Positions 1 through 9,816 of a stretch of DNA of 64,000 nt are shown here, in pieces. A program made the position numbers and the translations under genes. This DNA is from Candidatus Latescibacterota bacterium (GTDB taxonomy: Bacteria > Latescibacterota > UBA2968 > UBA8231): positions 1,504,001 through 1,568,000 of the forward strand of contig OZ252098.1 of assembly GCA_965248355.1 (NCBI GenBank), read 5' to 3'. Each line of letters starts with the position of its first letter. Positions within the stretch are counted from its first letter, which is position 1. Below the pieces are notes generated by a model. The model searched no databases, was not told the DNA's origin, and worked only from the letters and a program-made list of their open reading frames with translations.

Positions 1-121
1 GGTAGAAGACGTGGGCCGCCCCGAAGGGCAGGGGAAACGACTGGCAGCGGGCCGGGTTCTTCACCAGCAGGTACCCGAGATCGGTCGCCGGCCGCCAGGT
101 CGTGGCGATCGTCAGCAGCAT
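1..121 (-). CDS. hen1: 5' part of bacterial Hen1 3'-terminal RNA ribose 2'-O-methyltransferase (runs off window edge)
   Basis: Not in the ORF track. Reverse strand from ATG at 121 (upstream AAGGGGAG RBS) reads MLLTIATTWRPATDLGYLLVKNPARCQSFPLPFGAAHVFY, matching the typical Hen1 N-terminus (MLLTITTT..PATDLGYLLHKHP...F.L.FG.AHVFYP). Confidence 0.85.
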   Translation of the reverse strand, partial: MLLTIATTWRPATDLGYLLVKNPARCQSFPLPFGAAHVFY

Positions 122-303
122 CGGTCAGGACTCCCCTTGAAGAGCGCCGGCAAGGCCCGCCTCCAGCTGGCTCCCGGCACTCGATCCGGTAGAAACTAAG
201 GGCGATTGTCCGTCAGAGGCTCGGACCGTCGCCAGGCGCCCGCCGGAACCGCACGTAGCCGCTGGGCTGCTCCACCGTCACCCGGGAAGCGGCTTCGCCC
301 CTC

Positions 304-1755
304 TCAGGCTTCGGGGGCCCGGGCGTCGACTCCCCCGGCCTTGACCTGCTGCAGCAGCCGGGACAGCTCGGCCACCACCTCCGGACGCTCGGCGTAGAGG
401 TTGGTCCGCTCCTCCAGATCGCTGGCCAGGTGGAAGAGCTCCCCCGGCTCGTCGTGCGGCGCGTACCCGCGCCGTTGCCGGTACCACTCCGGCTCGCCGA
501 CATCGCCGCCGGTGGCGTCGTCGACGAAGACCCACTCCCCCCGGCGGATGGCGAAGCGGCGGTTCATGCTGTGATGGACGGTGAAGGCGCGCACGCCCCG
601 GTCCCGGCCCGGCCGGCGCAGGAGGGGCAGCATGCTGACGCTGTCCTCGCCCTGCCCCGGGGCCAGGCGGGCTCCCGTCATCTCGGCGCAGGTGGACATG
701 AGGTCGCCGAGCATGACGGTGTGGGAGCACTCGGCGCCCGCCGGGGTCACGCCCGGCCAGCGCGCCAGGAAGGGGACGCGGTGGCCGCCCTCCCAGACAT
801 CGCGCTTGAGGCCCCTCAGGCAGGCCGAGGAGGAATGGCCGAACTGGCGGATGCGGTCGTAGGCGGGCCTCTCCGGGCCGTTGTCGCTGGTGAAGATCAG
901 CAGCGTGTTGCCGGCGATGCCCCGCCGCTCGAGGGCCTCCATGACGCGGCCCACGCACCAGTCGACCTCGCACACGTAGTCGCCGTACTCGCCGGCCCGG
1001 CTCATGCCGCGGAACTCGTCCAGGGGCACGATGGGCGTGTGCGGCGCCGTCAGCGGCAGGTAGAGGAAGAAGGGCTCCTCCCCGGCCTCCTCGATGACGC
1101 CCTCGGCGCGCCGGGTGAGGGTGGGCATGACCTGCTCCAGCGACCAGCCGGGGACCATCGGCCCCGGCGTGCCGAACATCACCTCCGGCTTGGGAACGGA
1201 GGGGGCCTCGAGGACGCGGTCCTGCTCGAACCAGGTGTAAGGCGGGAAGTTGGGGACATCGTCGCCGAAGTAGGTGTCGAAGCCGCGGTCCACGGGACCG
1301 CCCGTGATGGGCCGTCCGTAGTCGATGCGTTCGTTCAGGGCCAGGCGCGCGGGGTCGTTGCCGCGGGTCCCGAACTCGACGTGGTCCGCCGCCGGGGAGC
1401 CGTCGTCGAGGGTCCAGTCCCAGCCCAGGTGCCACTTGCCGACGCAGTGGGTGCGGTACCCCTGCCGCCGCAGCAGCTCGGCCACGGTGAGGCGGTCGGG
1501 CTCGACGAGAGCGCTCTCCCACTGCCAGAGGACGCCCCCCTTCAGCCGCGAGCGCCAGCAGTAGCGCCCGGTGAGCACGGCGTAGCGGCTGGGCGTGCAC
1601 ACGCTGGAGGGAGCGTGGGCGTCTGTGAAGCGCACGCCCCGGGCGGCGAGGCGGTCCAGGTTCGGCGTGGGGATCCTCGATTCGGGGTTGTAGCAGCCCG
1701 CGTCCCCGTAGCCGAGGTCGTCGGCCAGGATGAAGACGATGTTCGGCTTTTTCAA
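304..1755 (-). CDS. Arylsulfatase (formylglycine-dependent sulfatase)
   Basis: PNIVFILADDLGYGD N-terminus, CTPSRYAVLTGRY (CxPxR) motif, GKWHLG, FTSDNG, EGGHRVP; TTG start. Confidence 0.95.
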   Translation of the reverse strand: MKKPNIVFILADDLGYGDAGCYNPESRIPTPNLDRLAARGVRFTDAHAPSSVCTPSRYAVLTGRYCWRSRLKGGVLWQWESALVEPDRLTVAELLRRQGYRTHCVGKWHLGWDWTLDDGSPAADHVEFGTRGNDPARLALNERIDYGRPITGGPVDRGFDTYFGDDVPNFPPYTWFEQDRVLEAPSVPKPEVMFGTPGPMVPGWSLEQVMPTLTRRAEGVIEEAGEEPFFLYLPLTAPHTPIVPLDEFRGMSRAGEYGDYVCEVDWCVGRVMEALERRGIAGNTLLIFTSDNGPERPAYDRIRQFGHSSSACLRGLKRDVWEGGHRVPFLARWPGVTPAGAECSHTVMLGDLMSTCAEMTGARLAPGQGEDSVSMLPLLRRPGRDRGVRAFTVHHSMNRRFAIRRGEWVFVDDATGGDVGEPEWYRQRRGYAPHDEPGELFHLASDLEERTNLYAERPEVVAELSRLLQQVKAGGVDARAPEA

Positions 1756-1882
1756 GGCGGCTCCTGTCGAGGGCTTGCCGGACCGGGCCGGAGGCGGCTC
1801 ATTTCGCCCCGGAAAGGAAGCGGATGATGATCACGGATGTAAAGACGACAGGGCCCCGACGCGGGGCGGGAGGGACAGCCTG

Positions 1883-2728
1883 ATGTTTCAATCTCTGCGG
1901 GTGGCGGCGATTTCCTTCGTGCCCGGGAAGTTCGAGCTGGCCGACAACTGCGACCGCCTCGAGGAGAGCTTCCGGCGGGCGGCCCGGGACGGGGCCGAGC
2001 TGGCCGTGGCCCCCGAGGGGGTCATCGAGGGCTACGTGACCAACGAGATCATCTCCGGCGAGGCGCCGGCGGCGCGGATCCGCGAGGTGGCGGTGAACAT
2101 GAGGGGCGCCGTGATCTCCCGCTTCCGGGCCCTGGCCCGCGAGCTGGGCATGAGCCTGGCCTTCGGCTGCGCCGAGAAGGTGGGACGCAACGTGCACAAC
2201 TGCGCCGTCTTCATCGATCCCTCCGGGCGGCTGTGCGGCAAGTACCACAAGATGCAGCTGGCCGAGGGCACCCACCCGGCCTGGTGGTTCAACCGCCTGG
2301 GCCGGCAGTCGCGCGCCTTCCCCACCCCCCACGGCCGCTGCGGCTTCATGATCTGCGCCGACCGCTGGAACGCCGACATCGCCCGCCTGCCCGTGCTCGA
2401 CGGCGCCCGCTACCTGCTGATCCCGTCCTTCGGCAGCCGCTCGAAGCGGCAGGACCAGGCGGTCCTGGCCCGGGCCCGGGAGAACGGCGTGCCCATCGTC
2501 GAGGCCAACGTGGGCGTCACCCTGATCATCAGCCAGGGCGAGGTCGTCGCCCTGTCGCGCCGGGAGCGGCAGATCCTGCACGCCACCATCGAGATCCCCG
2601 CCGAGCCTTCCCGAGGAAACCGGGATCAGCACGAACGCGCCTTCCTGCGCTGGCGCCGCAAGGAGATGCCCGCCTGGTTCGAGAAGCGCACCAAGGACAC
2701 CTGGCTCAACCGGCCGCGCTCCTCCTGA
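1883..2728 (+). CDS. Carbon-nitrogen hydrolase (nitrilase superfamily)
   Basis: Glu-Lys-Cys triad motifs VAPEG, KYHKMQL, FMICADR; ATG at 1883 after GGAGGGA. Confidence 0.85.
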   Translation: MFQSLRVAAISFVPGKFELADNCDRLEESFRRAARDGAELAVAPEGVIEGYVTNEIISGEAPAARIREVAVNMRGAVISRFRALARELGMSLAFGCAEKVGRNVHNCAVFIDPSGRLCGKYHKMQLAEGTHPAWWFNRLGRQSRAFPTPHGRCGFMICADRWNADIARLPVLDGARYLLIPSFGSRSKRQDQAVLARARENGVPIVEANVGVTLIISQGEVVALSRRERQILHATIEIPAEPSRGNRDQHERAFLRWRRKEMPAWFEKRTKDTWLNRPRSS

Positions 2729-2791
2729 GCCGCGGTGACGGTTCCCGCCGGCCCCCGGAAGTCCGCAACTCCGTCTGTCAAGGAGGGACCC

Positions 2792-3469
2792 ATGCCTCAC
2801 GAAGAGACCGAGGGCCGGTTCACGGCCACGCCTGAGAAGGGGGAGGTCTCCTCCGTCGCCATCCGCCCCGGGGACGCGCGGCTGATGCTGGTCCTCGGCC
2901 ACGGGGCGGGCACCGACTGCCGCCATCGCAACCTGCGCACCATCGCCGGCCACTGCGCCGACGCCGGCGCGGCCACCTTCCGCTACAACTTCCCCTACAT
3001 GGAGAGGGGCGGCGGCGGCACCGAGTCGAAGCCGGTGACCTGCGAGACCGTGCGCTCCGCCGCGGCGGCCGCTCACGAGGCCGCGCCCGATCTGCCCCTG
3101 CTCGTCGGCGGCCATTCCTTCGGCGGACGCATGGCCTCGCACGCGGCGGCCGAGGCGCCGATCCCGCAGGTGCGGGGGCTGGTGTTCTTCGCCTTCCCCC
3201 TGCACCCGCCGGGCCGGCCCTCGGTGGACCGGGCCGCGCACCTGCCGGAGGTGACCGTGCCCATGCTCTTCCTCGCCGGCACGCGGGACAAGCTGGCCGA
3301 CCTCGAGTTGCTCGAGCCGGTGGTGGAGGGCCTGGCGCAGGCCACCCTGCACCTGCTGGACACGGCCGACCACGGCTTCAAGGTGCTGAAGCGTTCGCGG
3401 AAGTCCGACGAGGATGTCTACGCCGAGATGGCGCGGGCGCTGAAGGCCTGGGCCCTGGAGCAGGTCTGA
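2792..3469 (+). CDS. Alpha/beta hydrolase
   Basis: LGHGAG, GGHSFGGR nucleophile elbow, AFPLHPPG, GTRD, ADHGF; AGGAGG RBS before ATG 2792. Confidence 0.9.
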   Translation: MPHEETEGRFTATPEKGEVSSVAIRPGDARLMLVLGHGAGTDCRHRNLRTIAGHCADAGAATFRYNFPYMERGGGGTESKPVTCETVRSAAAAAHEAAPDLPLLVGGHSFGGRMASHAAAEAPIPQVRGLVFFAFPLHPPGRPSVDRAAHLPEVTVPMLFLAGTRDKLADLELLEPVVEGLAQATLHLLDTADHGFKVLKRSRKSDEDVYAEMARALKAWALEQV

Positions 3470-3483
3470 CCGCCGGCGAGGCC

Positions 3484-3785
3484 TCAGGCGGACAGGTCGA
3501 CGACGAGCAGCTCCTCGGCCAGGGGTTCGGCCGCGGCCACGTGGATCCCGTTCTCCACGGCGCGTTCGGCCTGCGCCCTGTGGGCCCGGGGGACCACGTC
3601 CGCCTTCTCCGGGGGAGACCGTTGTTGGTGGGCGCGAAGTCCGCCAGCCCCCCGAGGATGGCCTCCGGACAACAGAGGATCTCCACGCCCCGCCGCTCGC
3701 ACTCGGCGACGCGGGCCCGGATCAGGGGCAGGGCCTCCATCGATCCCACGGGCAGCAGGGGGGCCTGGTAGGCGGCGACCTTCAT
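3484..3785 (-). pseudogene. Internally deleted, frameshifted carbon-nitrogen hydrolase remnant
   Basis: N-terminus MKVAAYQAPL...ILCCPEAILGGLADF joins directly to the late motif PTNNGLP, then shifts frame in a C-run (~3612) to KADVV...RAVENGI...EELLVVDL. The catalytic Lys/Cys region is absent. Confidence 0.7.
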
Positions 3786-3834
3786 GCTGAACCGCCGTTG
3801 CCGGGCCGGTCCGGCGGCGCTTTCCCTGGCCGCC

Positions 3835-4869
3835 TCACCCGCTGGTGTGGTCGATGCCGAGCTTGATGGAGCGCTCGGGGTGGGCCTCGATCTCGTGGTA
3901 GGCCTCGGCCGCCCGGGCCAAGGGGACCACCGGATCGATGAGGTCGTCGGCCCGCAGCCGCCCCTCCACCAGCAGCGCCAGGGACTCGCTGCGGATGCGG
4001 GAGAAGGTCCATCCCGGCTGGGGCAGGGGCTCGCTGTTGGCGCGGCTGGAGACCACCCGGATGCGGTTGCGGTGCCACTCGCCGGCCAGCTTCAGGCCCT
4101 GGTCGCCGTGGTAGTAGGCGGTGGAGACCACGGTGCCGGCGTAGCAGGCGGCGCGCAGGGCGTCCTCGAAGGCGGGGTAGGCCCCGCTGGTCTCGACGAC
4201 GACGTCGGCGCCGGCGCCCCCGGTGCGCTCCTTGATCTCCACGCCGGCGTCGGTCCGGCGCGGGTCGATCACCAGGTCGGCGCCATGGCGCCGGGCCGCC
4301 TCCCGCCGGCGCTCGATGGGATCCGCAACGGCTACCCAGCGGGCGCCGCACAGGCGGGCGCACTGGGCCACCATCAGGCCGATGGCCCCGAGGCCGAAGA
4401 CGGCCACGCGGTCGCCGAGCCGCACCGGGCCGTCGCGCACGCCGCCGAGGGCGACGTCGGCCGGATCCCAGTACATCAGGCCCTGCGGAGAGAGGCCGTC
4501 GGGGGCGATGCGCAGGCGGCCGGCCTCGACGGTGTGGGTCTCGCGCACGGGCAGGTGGGCGAAGACCCGGTCGCCTACCTTCAGGTCCTCCACGTCGCCG
4601 GCGGCCTCGACGACCTCGCCGAGGCACATGTTGCCCAGGGCTCGCGGGAAGCGGGGTGCGGCCGGCTCGCCGCGCAGATGCAGGCGCAGCCGCCCGTCCC
4701 AGCGGTCGCTGGCGTCGGGCGTGTCGGCTCGGAACCCCCTCAGCTCGGTGCCGTGCTTGACGGCGCTGAAGAGGCTGCGCACGCGCACCTGGCCGGGCTC
4801 CAGGGGCGGCTCCTCGTAGCTCCGGAGGAGGGCGTGTCGGGGGCGGTCGGCGATGAGCTCGAGGGGCAT
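3835..4869 (-). CDS. Medium-chain (zinc-type) dehydrogenase family protein
   Basis: SAVKHGTE GroES-like start, VAVFGLGAIG Rossmann motif, ADVVVETSG. Confidence 0.85.
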   Translation of the reverse strand: MPLELIADRPRHALLRSYEEPPLEPGQVRVRSLFSAVKHGTELRGFRADTPDASDRWDGRLRLHLRGEPAAPRFPRALGNMCLGEVVEAAGDVEDLKVGDRVFAHLPVRETHTVEAGRLRIAPDGLSPQGLMYWDPADVALGGVRDGPVRLGDRVAVFGLGAIGLMVAQCARLCGARWVAVADPIERRREAARRHGADLVIDPRRTDAGVEIKERTGGAGADVVVETSGAYPAFEDALRAACYAGTVVSTAYYHGDQGLKLAGEWHRNRIRVVSSRANSEPLPQPGWTFSRIRSESLALLVEGRLRADDLIDPVVPLARAAEAYHEIEAHPERSIKLGIDHTSG

Positions 4870-4926
4870 GGGCGTCTCCGGGATTCGGGGCGGGGCGGGC
4901 GCATCAAGATAGGACAGGGAGAAGGG

Positions 4927-6222
4927 GTGGAGATCGACGAGCAGAGGTTCTTCGAGGAGGGATACCTGATCATCCGGGAGGCGGTTCCGCCCGACCGGCT
5001 CGCGGAGTTGCGGCTCATGGCCGAGGTCCTGGTGGACCGCTGCAAGTCGCGCTCGGAGGCGGGGCGCGGGGCCGGCGGACCCTTGGGCGGCGAGTGGTAC
5101 GCCTCCATCCAGCCGCGGGTCAACGTGGACGAGGTGGTGGACGAGGAGACGGCGGGTCTGGTGGACTTCCTGCTGGGGCCCACCGTGCACGGTGTCAGCC
5201 ACCGTATCCTGGGGGCGCCGGAGTCCAGCATCACGAGCATGCAGATCAACTGCAGCGGCCTCATCGACTACGGGCACACCGACTGGCACCGCGACTCCAG
5301 CGCCAGCGAGCAGGCGCCGCTGTGCGGCCTGCAGCGGGACCTGGCGGCCAACCGCCCCGGGTACGTGCAGTGGAACATCGCCCTCTACGACGACGACGTG
5401 TTCTGGGTGCTGCCGCGCAGCCACGACCGGCCCACGGACGAGGAGCAGCGCCGGCAGCTCCTGCTCGACCCAACCAGCCGGCTGAAGGGCGGGATCCCCG
5501 TCGAGCTGGCCGCCGGCGACGGCGTCGTCTACCCGAACCTGATCATGCACTGGGGCAGCTGGTACTCGAGCCGGCTGCGGCGCACCCTCCATCTCGGCTT
5601 CCGCTCCCACGGCGGCGACATCTTCCCCTACGCCCACTACCCGGAGTGGGACGTGGGTCTGGGCTTCACCCGCCACCTGTCGGAGGGGGCCCGGGCCCAC
5701 TTCGAGCGCGCCGTGGAGCTGCTCGACCAGGAGCGCGACGATATCGAGACCGCCCTGCGCGCCGCCATCGCAGGGGACGGGGAGGCTTTTCGCGAGCGGA
5801 TCGCCCGCATGCACCCCGGCCGCGAGGAGCGCATGACCGCGGTGGTCCTGCTGTGCCGCATCGCGGCCAAGGTGGGACTCCTGCACACGCCCGAGGTGCA
5901 GCGCATGGGCCCGGCGGAGCGCCACCGGGCCCTGGCCGGCCCCCAGAAGGGCGAGTACTTCGAGTCCATCGGCCGCCGCGTCAGCGCCCCCGAGGCCGAG
6001 ACCCTGGCGCGGCGGTTCGCCCCCCTGGAGCAGCGCCTGGCGGCCGATGCCGCCCGCGTGCACCGGCGTTACACTGCCATCCACGCCGGGCTGAAGCCGG
6101 AGGCCGACGGCCCTCCCGACTTCGAGTCCCGGCCCCTGCGCCAGTTCCACTGCGAAATGCCCGCCGGGTTCGGCATCGACGAGCTCGCCGGCGGCTGGAG
6201 AGAGAAGGATGCTCGAGGCTGA
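4927..6222 (+). CDS. Phytanoyl-CoA dioxygenase (PhyH)-like Fe/2OG oxygenase with C-terminal extension
   Basis: FFEEGYLIIREAV start, WHRD (HxD), VLPRSH, LAAGDGVV...MHWGS...RRTLH; GTG start inferred. Confidence 0.75.
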   Translation: MEIDEQRFFEEGYLIIREAVPPDRLAELRLMAEVLVDRCKSRSEAGRGAGGPLGGEWYASIQPRVNVDEVVDEETAGLVDFLLGPTVHGVSHRILGAPESSITSMQINCSGLIDYGHTDWHRDSSASEQAPLCGLQRDLAANRPGYVQWNIALYDDDVFWVLPRSHDRPTDEEQRRQLLLDPTSRLKGGIPVELAAGDGVVYPNLIMHWGSWYSSRLRRTLHLGFRSHGGDIFPYAHYPEWDVGLGFTRHLSEGARAHFERAVELLDQERDDIETALRAAIAGDGEAFRERIARMHPGREERMTAVVLLCRIAAKVGLLHTPEVQRMGPAERHRALAGPQKGEYFESIGRRVSAPEAETLARRFAPLEQRLAADAARVHRRYTAIHAGLKPEADGPPDFESRPLRQFHCEMPAGFGIDELAGGWREKDARG

Positions 6223-7513
6223 AGACCCCATTCTGACCGCTCTGCGCATGAGCGCCGAAGAGCTCACCCCCTTCGACGAGGGCCGCGGCGCCAAGGAGGC
6301 CCGGGACCGCCTGTCGCAGGTGGCCGCCTGGGTGACCTCGGTGACCACCCAGAACCACGATGGCGTCACCCTGACGCCGACCCTGGTCCGCTACCTGGCC
6401 GCCGGCGACCTGGCCGAGCGCCTCCCCCAGCTGGACCGGCTGCGGGATGAGACCCGGCGGGGGCGCTTCGACGCCGGCCGCGAGCTGCAGCGGGAGCTGG
6501 AGTTCCGCCGCTTCGCATCCGAGTCGCGGCGGCAGCGGGACTGGCCCGAGGATCCGGAGCAGGTGCGGCTCGCCTTCGATTCCCTCACGAGGCTCCCGCC
6601 CCCCGTGCGGCCGGGGCCCTTCGAGCTCGACGAGACCGACCGCCTCGAGGCCCGGCGCACGGCGTACGAGGCCCACGGTCTCCTGCGCTTCCTGCGCCGT
6701 TTCCGCGCCGGCACGCGGCGCCCCGTGATCGTCTTCGGCAACGACCGCTACGGACGGATCTTCGTGGTCGAGCCGCTGGAGCCATACCTCGAGGGCTGCG
6801 AGATCCACTATGAGCGGGTCCCCTCCCACGGGTCGATGCGGCTCACCGTCCCCTACCACATCGACCGGTTCTGGCGCAACGCCTTCGCCCCCGACTTCGT
6901 CCGCCGTCTGAGCGCCGAGGCCCCCCACCTGGTGCTGGTCGACGTCTGCAGCCCCCGGGCCACGGAGGACTACACCAAGATCCCCCGGGGCCTGCGCGAC
7001 CTGGTGAACTGGTTCATGGTCTTCAACCACCTGCGCACCGGCGGCGACCGGTCCCGCTACGAGGCGGTCAGCTCGCTGCCTCCCCATCAGCTCGACGAGC
7101 TGCAGCTCTGGCACGAATTCGAGGTCGTGGCCCGCCAGATCGAGCCCTGGGTCGATCCCGGCGAGCCCTACGCCGTGACCCACTGGGCGCCGGAGTTGGA
7201 GGCGGAGGTGCTCATGGGCGACCTCGTGATCCCGGCGCGCCCGGCCGCGCCCACCGAGGAGCCCCAGGTGGTGGTCACCAACCCGGGCTTCTACCGCACA
7301 GAAGGGCCGGACCTGCCCGATTTCCTGCGCCGCACCCAGGCCTATCACTTCAACGACCCGGAAAAGCGAGTGAAGGCGCGGATCGTGGGCGGATGGGGCG
7401 ACCACGGCTTCGAGACCAGGGTCGAGGGCCACACGACCGACGAGTACGTCCTCGCCATCCAGCGCCAGGTCGGCGAGGAGCTGGCGGCCATGGAGGCCGC
7501 CGGCAAGGACTGA
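6209..7513 (+). CDS. Hypothetical protein (434 aa)
   Basis: Long ORF with host-like codon usage that overlaps the upstream stop; no confidently recognised family. Confidence 0.75.
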   Translation: MLEAEDPILTALRMSAEELTPFDEGRGAKEARDRLSQVAAWVTSVTTQNHDGVTLTPTLVRYLAAGDLAERLPQLDRLRDETRRGRFDAGRELQRELEFRRFASESRRQRDWPEDPEQVRLAFDSLTRLPPPVRPGPFELDETDRLEARRTAYEAHGLLRFLRRFRAGTRRPVIVFGNDRYGRIFVVEPLEPYLEGCEIHYERVPSHGSMRLTVPYHIDRFWRNAFAPDFVRRLSAEAPHLVLVDVCSPRATEDYTKIPRGLRDLVNWFMVFNHLRTGGDRSRYEAVSSLPPHQLDELQLWHEFEVVARQIEPWVDPGEPYAVTHWAPELEAEVLMGDLVIPARPAAPTEEPQVVVTNPGFYRTEGPDLPDFLRRTQAYHFNDPEKRVKARIVGGWGDHGFETRVEGHTTDEYVLAIQRQVGEELAAMEAAGKD

Positions 7514-7538
7514 ACCGGCGGAGGCGATCCGCCGCGGG

Positions 7539-8594
7539 GTGGCATACGTGACCGATCCCGTGCACCTGACCTGTGACGCCCTCCGGGGCCTGATGGGCGA
7601 GATCTTCGCCCGCGTTGGGGTCCCCGCCGAGGAGCGGGTGATCGTCGCCGAGGTGCTGCTGGAGGCGACGATGGCCGGCTATCTCTCCCACGGGATCATG
7701 CGCGTGCCCCTCTACGTCGAGGCGATCCGCAGGGGCCGCATCCATCCGGGGGTCCGGACGCGGGTCCTGCGCCGGAGTGCCTCGGCCCTGCACCTGGACG
7801 CCGGCCACGGCCTGGGGCCGGTGAGCGCCACCGAGGCCGTGGGCCGCGCCACCGGGATGGCGGCGCAGAGCGGGGTGGGCTGCGTCAGCGTCGTGCGCGC
7901 CGCCGACGTGGCCCGCCTCGGCAGCTACGTCATCGAGCCGGCGCGGGCCGGGTTCGTCTGCCTGCTGCTGGTCAACGACGCCGGCGGCAACCCGAACGTG
8001 GCGCCCTGGGGCTCGACCGAGCCCTTCCTCAGCACCAACCCCCTCGCCGCCGGGATCCCGCGGCGGGGCGCGGCGCCGATCGTCATCGACATGTCCACCA
8101 GCGTCGCTGCCGCGGGCCGGCTGAAGATGCTGGCCGCCGAGGGACGGGAGGCGCCGGAGGGCTGGCTCATCGACGAGACCGGGCAGCCCTGCACCGACCC
8201 GGCCGCCGCCCTCGACCTGCCGCCGCGGGCGGCGCTGCTGCCCCTGGGCGGTTTGCTGGCCGGGCACAAGGGATTCGCCCTGAGCCTGCTCGTGGACGTG
8301 CTGGCCGGGGCCCTGAGCGGGGCCGGCTGCAGCGCCGGCGACCTGGACTCGAGCGACCGCAACGGGCTGTTCGTGCTCGCCGTCGACCCGGAGCACTTCC
8401 TCGGGCGCGAGGGGTTCCTCGACCGCGTGGAGGAGTACGTGCAGCGGCTGAAGGGGCTGCGGACCGCGCCGGGGGTGGAGGAGGTCCTGGTGCCCGGAGA
8501 GCGGGCCCACCGCGAGCGCGAGCGGGCCCTGGCCGAGGGGCTGCGCCTCGACCCGGGGATCTGGGGCCCGGTGCAGGCCCTGATGGAGCGATGA
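7539..8594 (+). CDS. Ldh_2 family (malate/L-lactate/ureidoglycolate-type) oxidoreductase
   Basis: SHGIMRV, STNPLAAGIP, IDMSTS, LLPLGG...HKGFALSL, VLVPGE. Confidence 0.9.
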   Translation: MAYVTDPVHLTCDALRGLMGEIFARVGVPAEERVIVAEVLLEATMAGYLSHGIMRVPLYVEAIRRGRIHPGVRTRVLRRSASALHLDAGHGLGPVSATEAVGRATGMAAQSGVGCVSVVRAADVARLGSYVIEPARAGFVCLLLVNDAGGNPNVAPWGSTEPFLSTNPLAAGIPRRGAAPIVIDMSTSVAAAGRLKMLAAEGREAPEGWLIDETGQPCTDPAAALDLPPRAALLPLGGLLAGHKGFALSLLVDVLAGALSGAGCSAGDLDSSDRNGLFVLAVDPEHFLGREGFLDRVEEYVQRLKGLRTAPGVEEVLVPGERAHRERERALAEGLRLDPGIWGPVQALMER

Positions 8595-8764
8595 ACGGAG
8601 CGAGCTGGCGGGAGCATCCCCGGACGGGGGTCTTCCCGCGGGGGACCGCTCCCTCGGCCTGCGCTACGTGCCGGTGAAGCTGTCCACCACCGCCGGACAG
8701 CTCGCCGGCGAACCGGGAGTTGATCTCGCCCGAGCCCACGTTGAAGTGCCAGCGACTGGTTCCG

Positions 8765-9601
8765 CTAGAGCCGCCGACCCTCCGGTCCCTGCTCCAGGCC
8801 GGCCAGGAAGTCGAGCAGTCTCGCGTTGAACAGCCCCGGCTGCTCCTGGTGGATGTAGTGCCCGCTCTCGGTGACCACCTCCAGCCGTGCGCGACGGGCG
8901 GGCAACCGCCGCGCCAGATCCGCCGCCTCGGGATCGGAGGACCGCACGCGGCCCCTTCCCGCGGCGAAGACGAGCAGGGGCACCTCGCACCAGCGGCCCT
9001 CGGGGACAGGGACATCGTCCGGATCGGAGCGGCCCCTGGCCGCCTCCCAGCGGTCGGGGCAGGCCCGCCGCCAGCGCATGAGGCGGGTGAGGCGGTCGAG
9101 GTTGAACTCACTCGGGTAGTCCCACTCGCGGCCCATGGCCGCCAGGGCCTCTCGGTGCCTGGCATGGAGGGCGGCCGTGGCCTCGTCGAAGCGCTCCGGA
9201 CCGAAGGTACCTGACTGGAAGTCGAACTTGCCGAAGGCACCGCTGTCCACGCTCACGATCGCCTCCACCTCGTCCGGCCGGCTCAGGTACATCTGGCGCG
9301 CGACCCCGGCGCCGGCACTGTGCCCGATCAACACCGCCCGGTCCAGGCCCAGGTGGTCGAGGAGGGCCCAGGCGTCGCGGGCGTCCTTAGCCACGGTCAC
9401 CGCGCCGTCGGGATCGCTGCCCCCGCGGCCGGCGCGGAGCGGGAAGACCACGCGGTACCCGGCCGCGGCCAGCACCTGGAGCTGGGCGTCCCACTCACCG
9501 GCGTCGTCCTCCGAGGAGGCGCCGTGAAGCAGCAGGAGGGTCCGGCCGCTCCCCTCGTCGGAGTAGAGGAGCCGCCGCCGGCCGAGGCGGAACTCCTTCA
9601 T
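8765..9601 (-). CDS. Alpha/beta hydrolase
   Basis: LLLLHGA, LIGHSAGA, SGHYIHQEQP. Confidence 0.85.
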   Translation of the reverse strand: MKEFRLGRRRLLYSDEGSGRTLLLLHGASSEDDAGEWDAQLQVLAAAGYRVVFPLRAGRGGSDPDGAVTVAKDARDAWALLDHLGLDRAVLIGHSAGAGVARQMYLSRPDEVEAIVSVDSGAFGKFDFQSGTFGPERFDEATAALHARHREALAAMGREWDYPSEFNLDRLTRLMRWRRACPDRWEAARGRSDPDDVPVPEGRWCEVPLLVFAAGRGRVRSSDPEAADLARRLPARRARLEVVTESGHYIHQEQPGLFNARLLDFLAGLEQGPEGRRL

Positions 9602-9816
9602 GGCCCGGAGCCCGGGGACGGCCGGTCCCCGGACGGCGCGACGCCCTCCGAAGGACGCGGTGTCGATGTTCGAGGACCGAGTCCAGCGGCGCCAGTCAAT
9701 TGTCCGTCAATTTGATAAATACAGGAAAATCAGTGGTTTACGGAATTGCAGGGGCAGTCCGGCGGTTCTCCGTCAACTACCCGTCGATCAGGTTCCGAGA
9801 CTCCGGACGCGGGTGG

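Noticed and set aside
8595..8764. Possible gene fragment between convergent genes (..HFNVGSGEINSRFAGEL..)
   Set aside because: Too short, with no start or RBS and no recognisable family.
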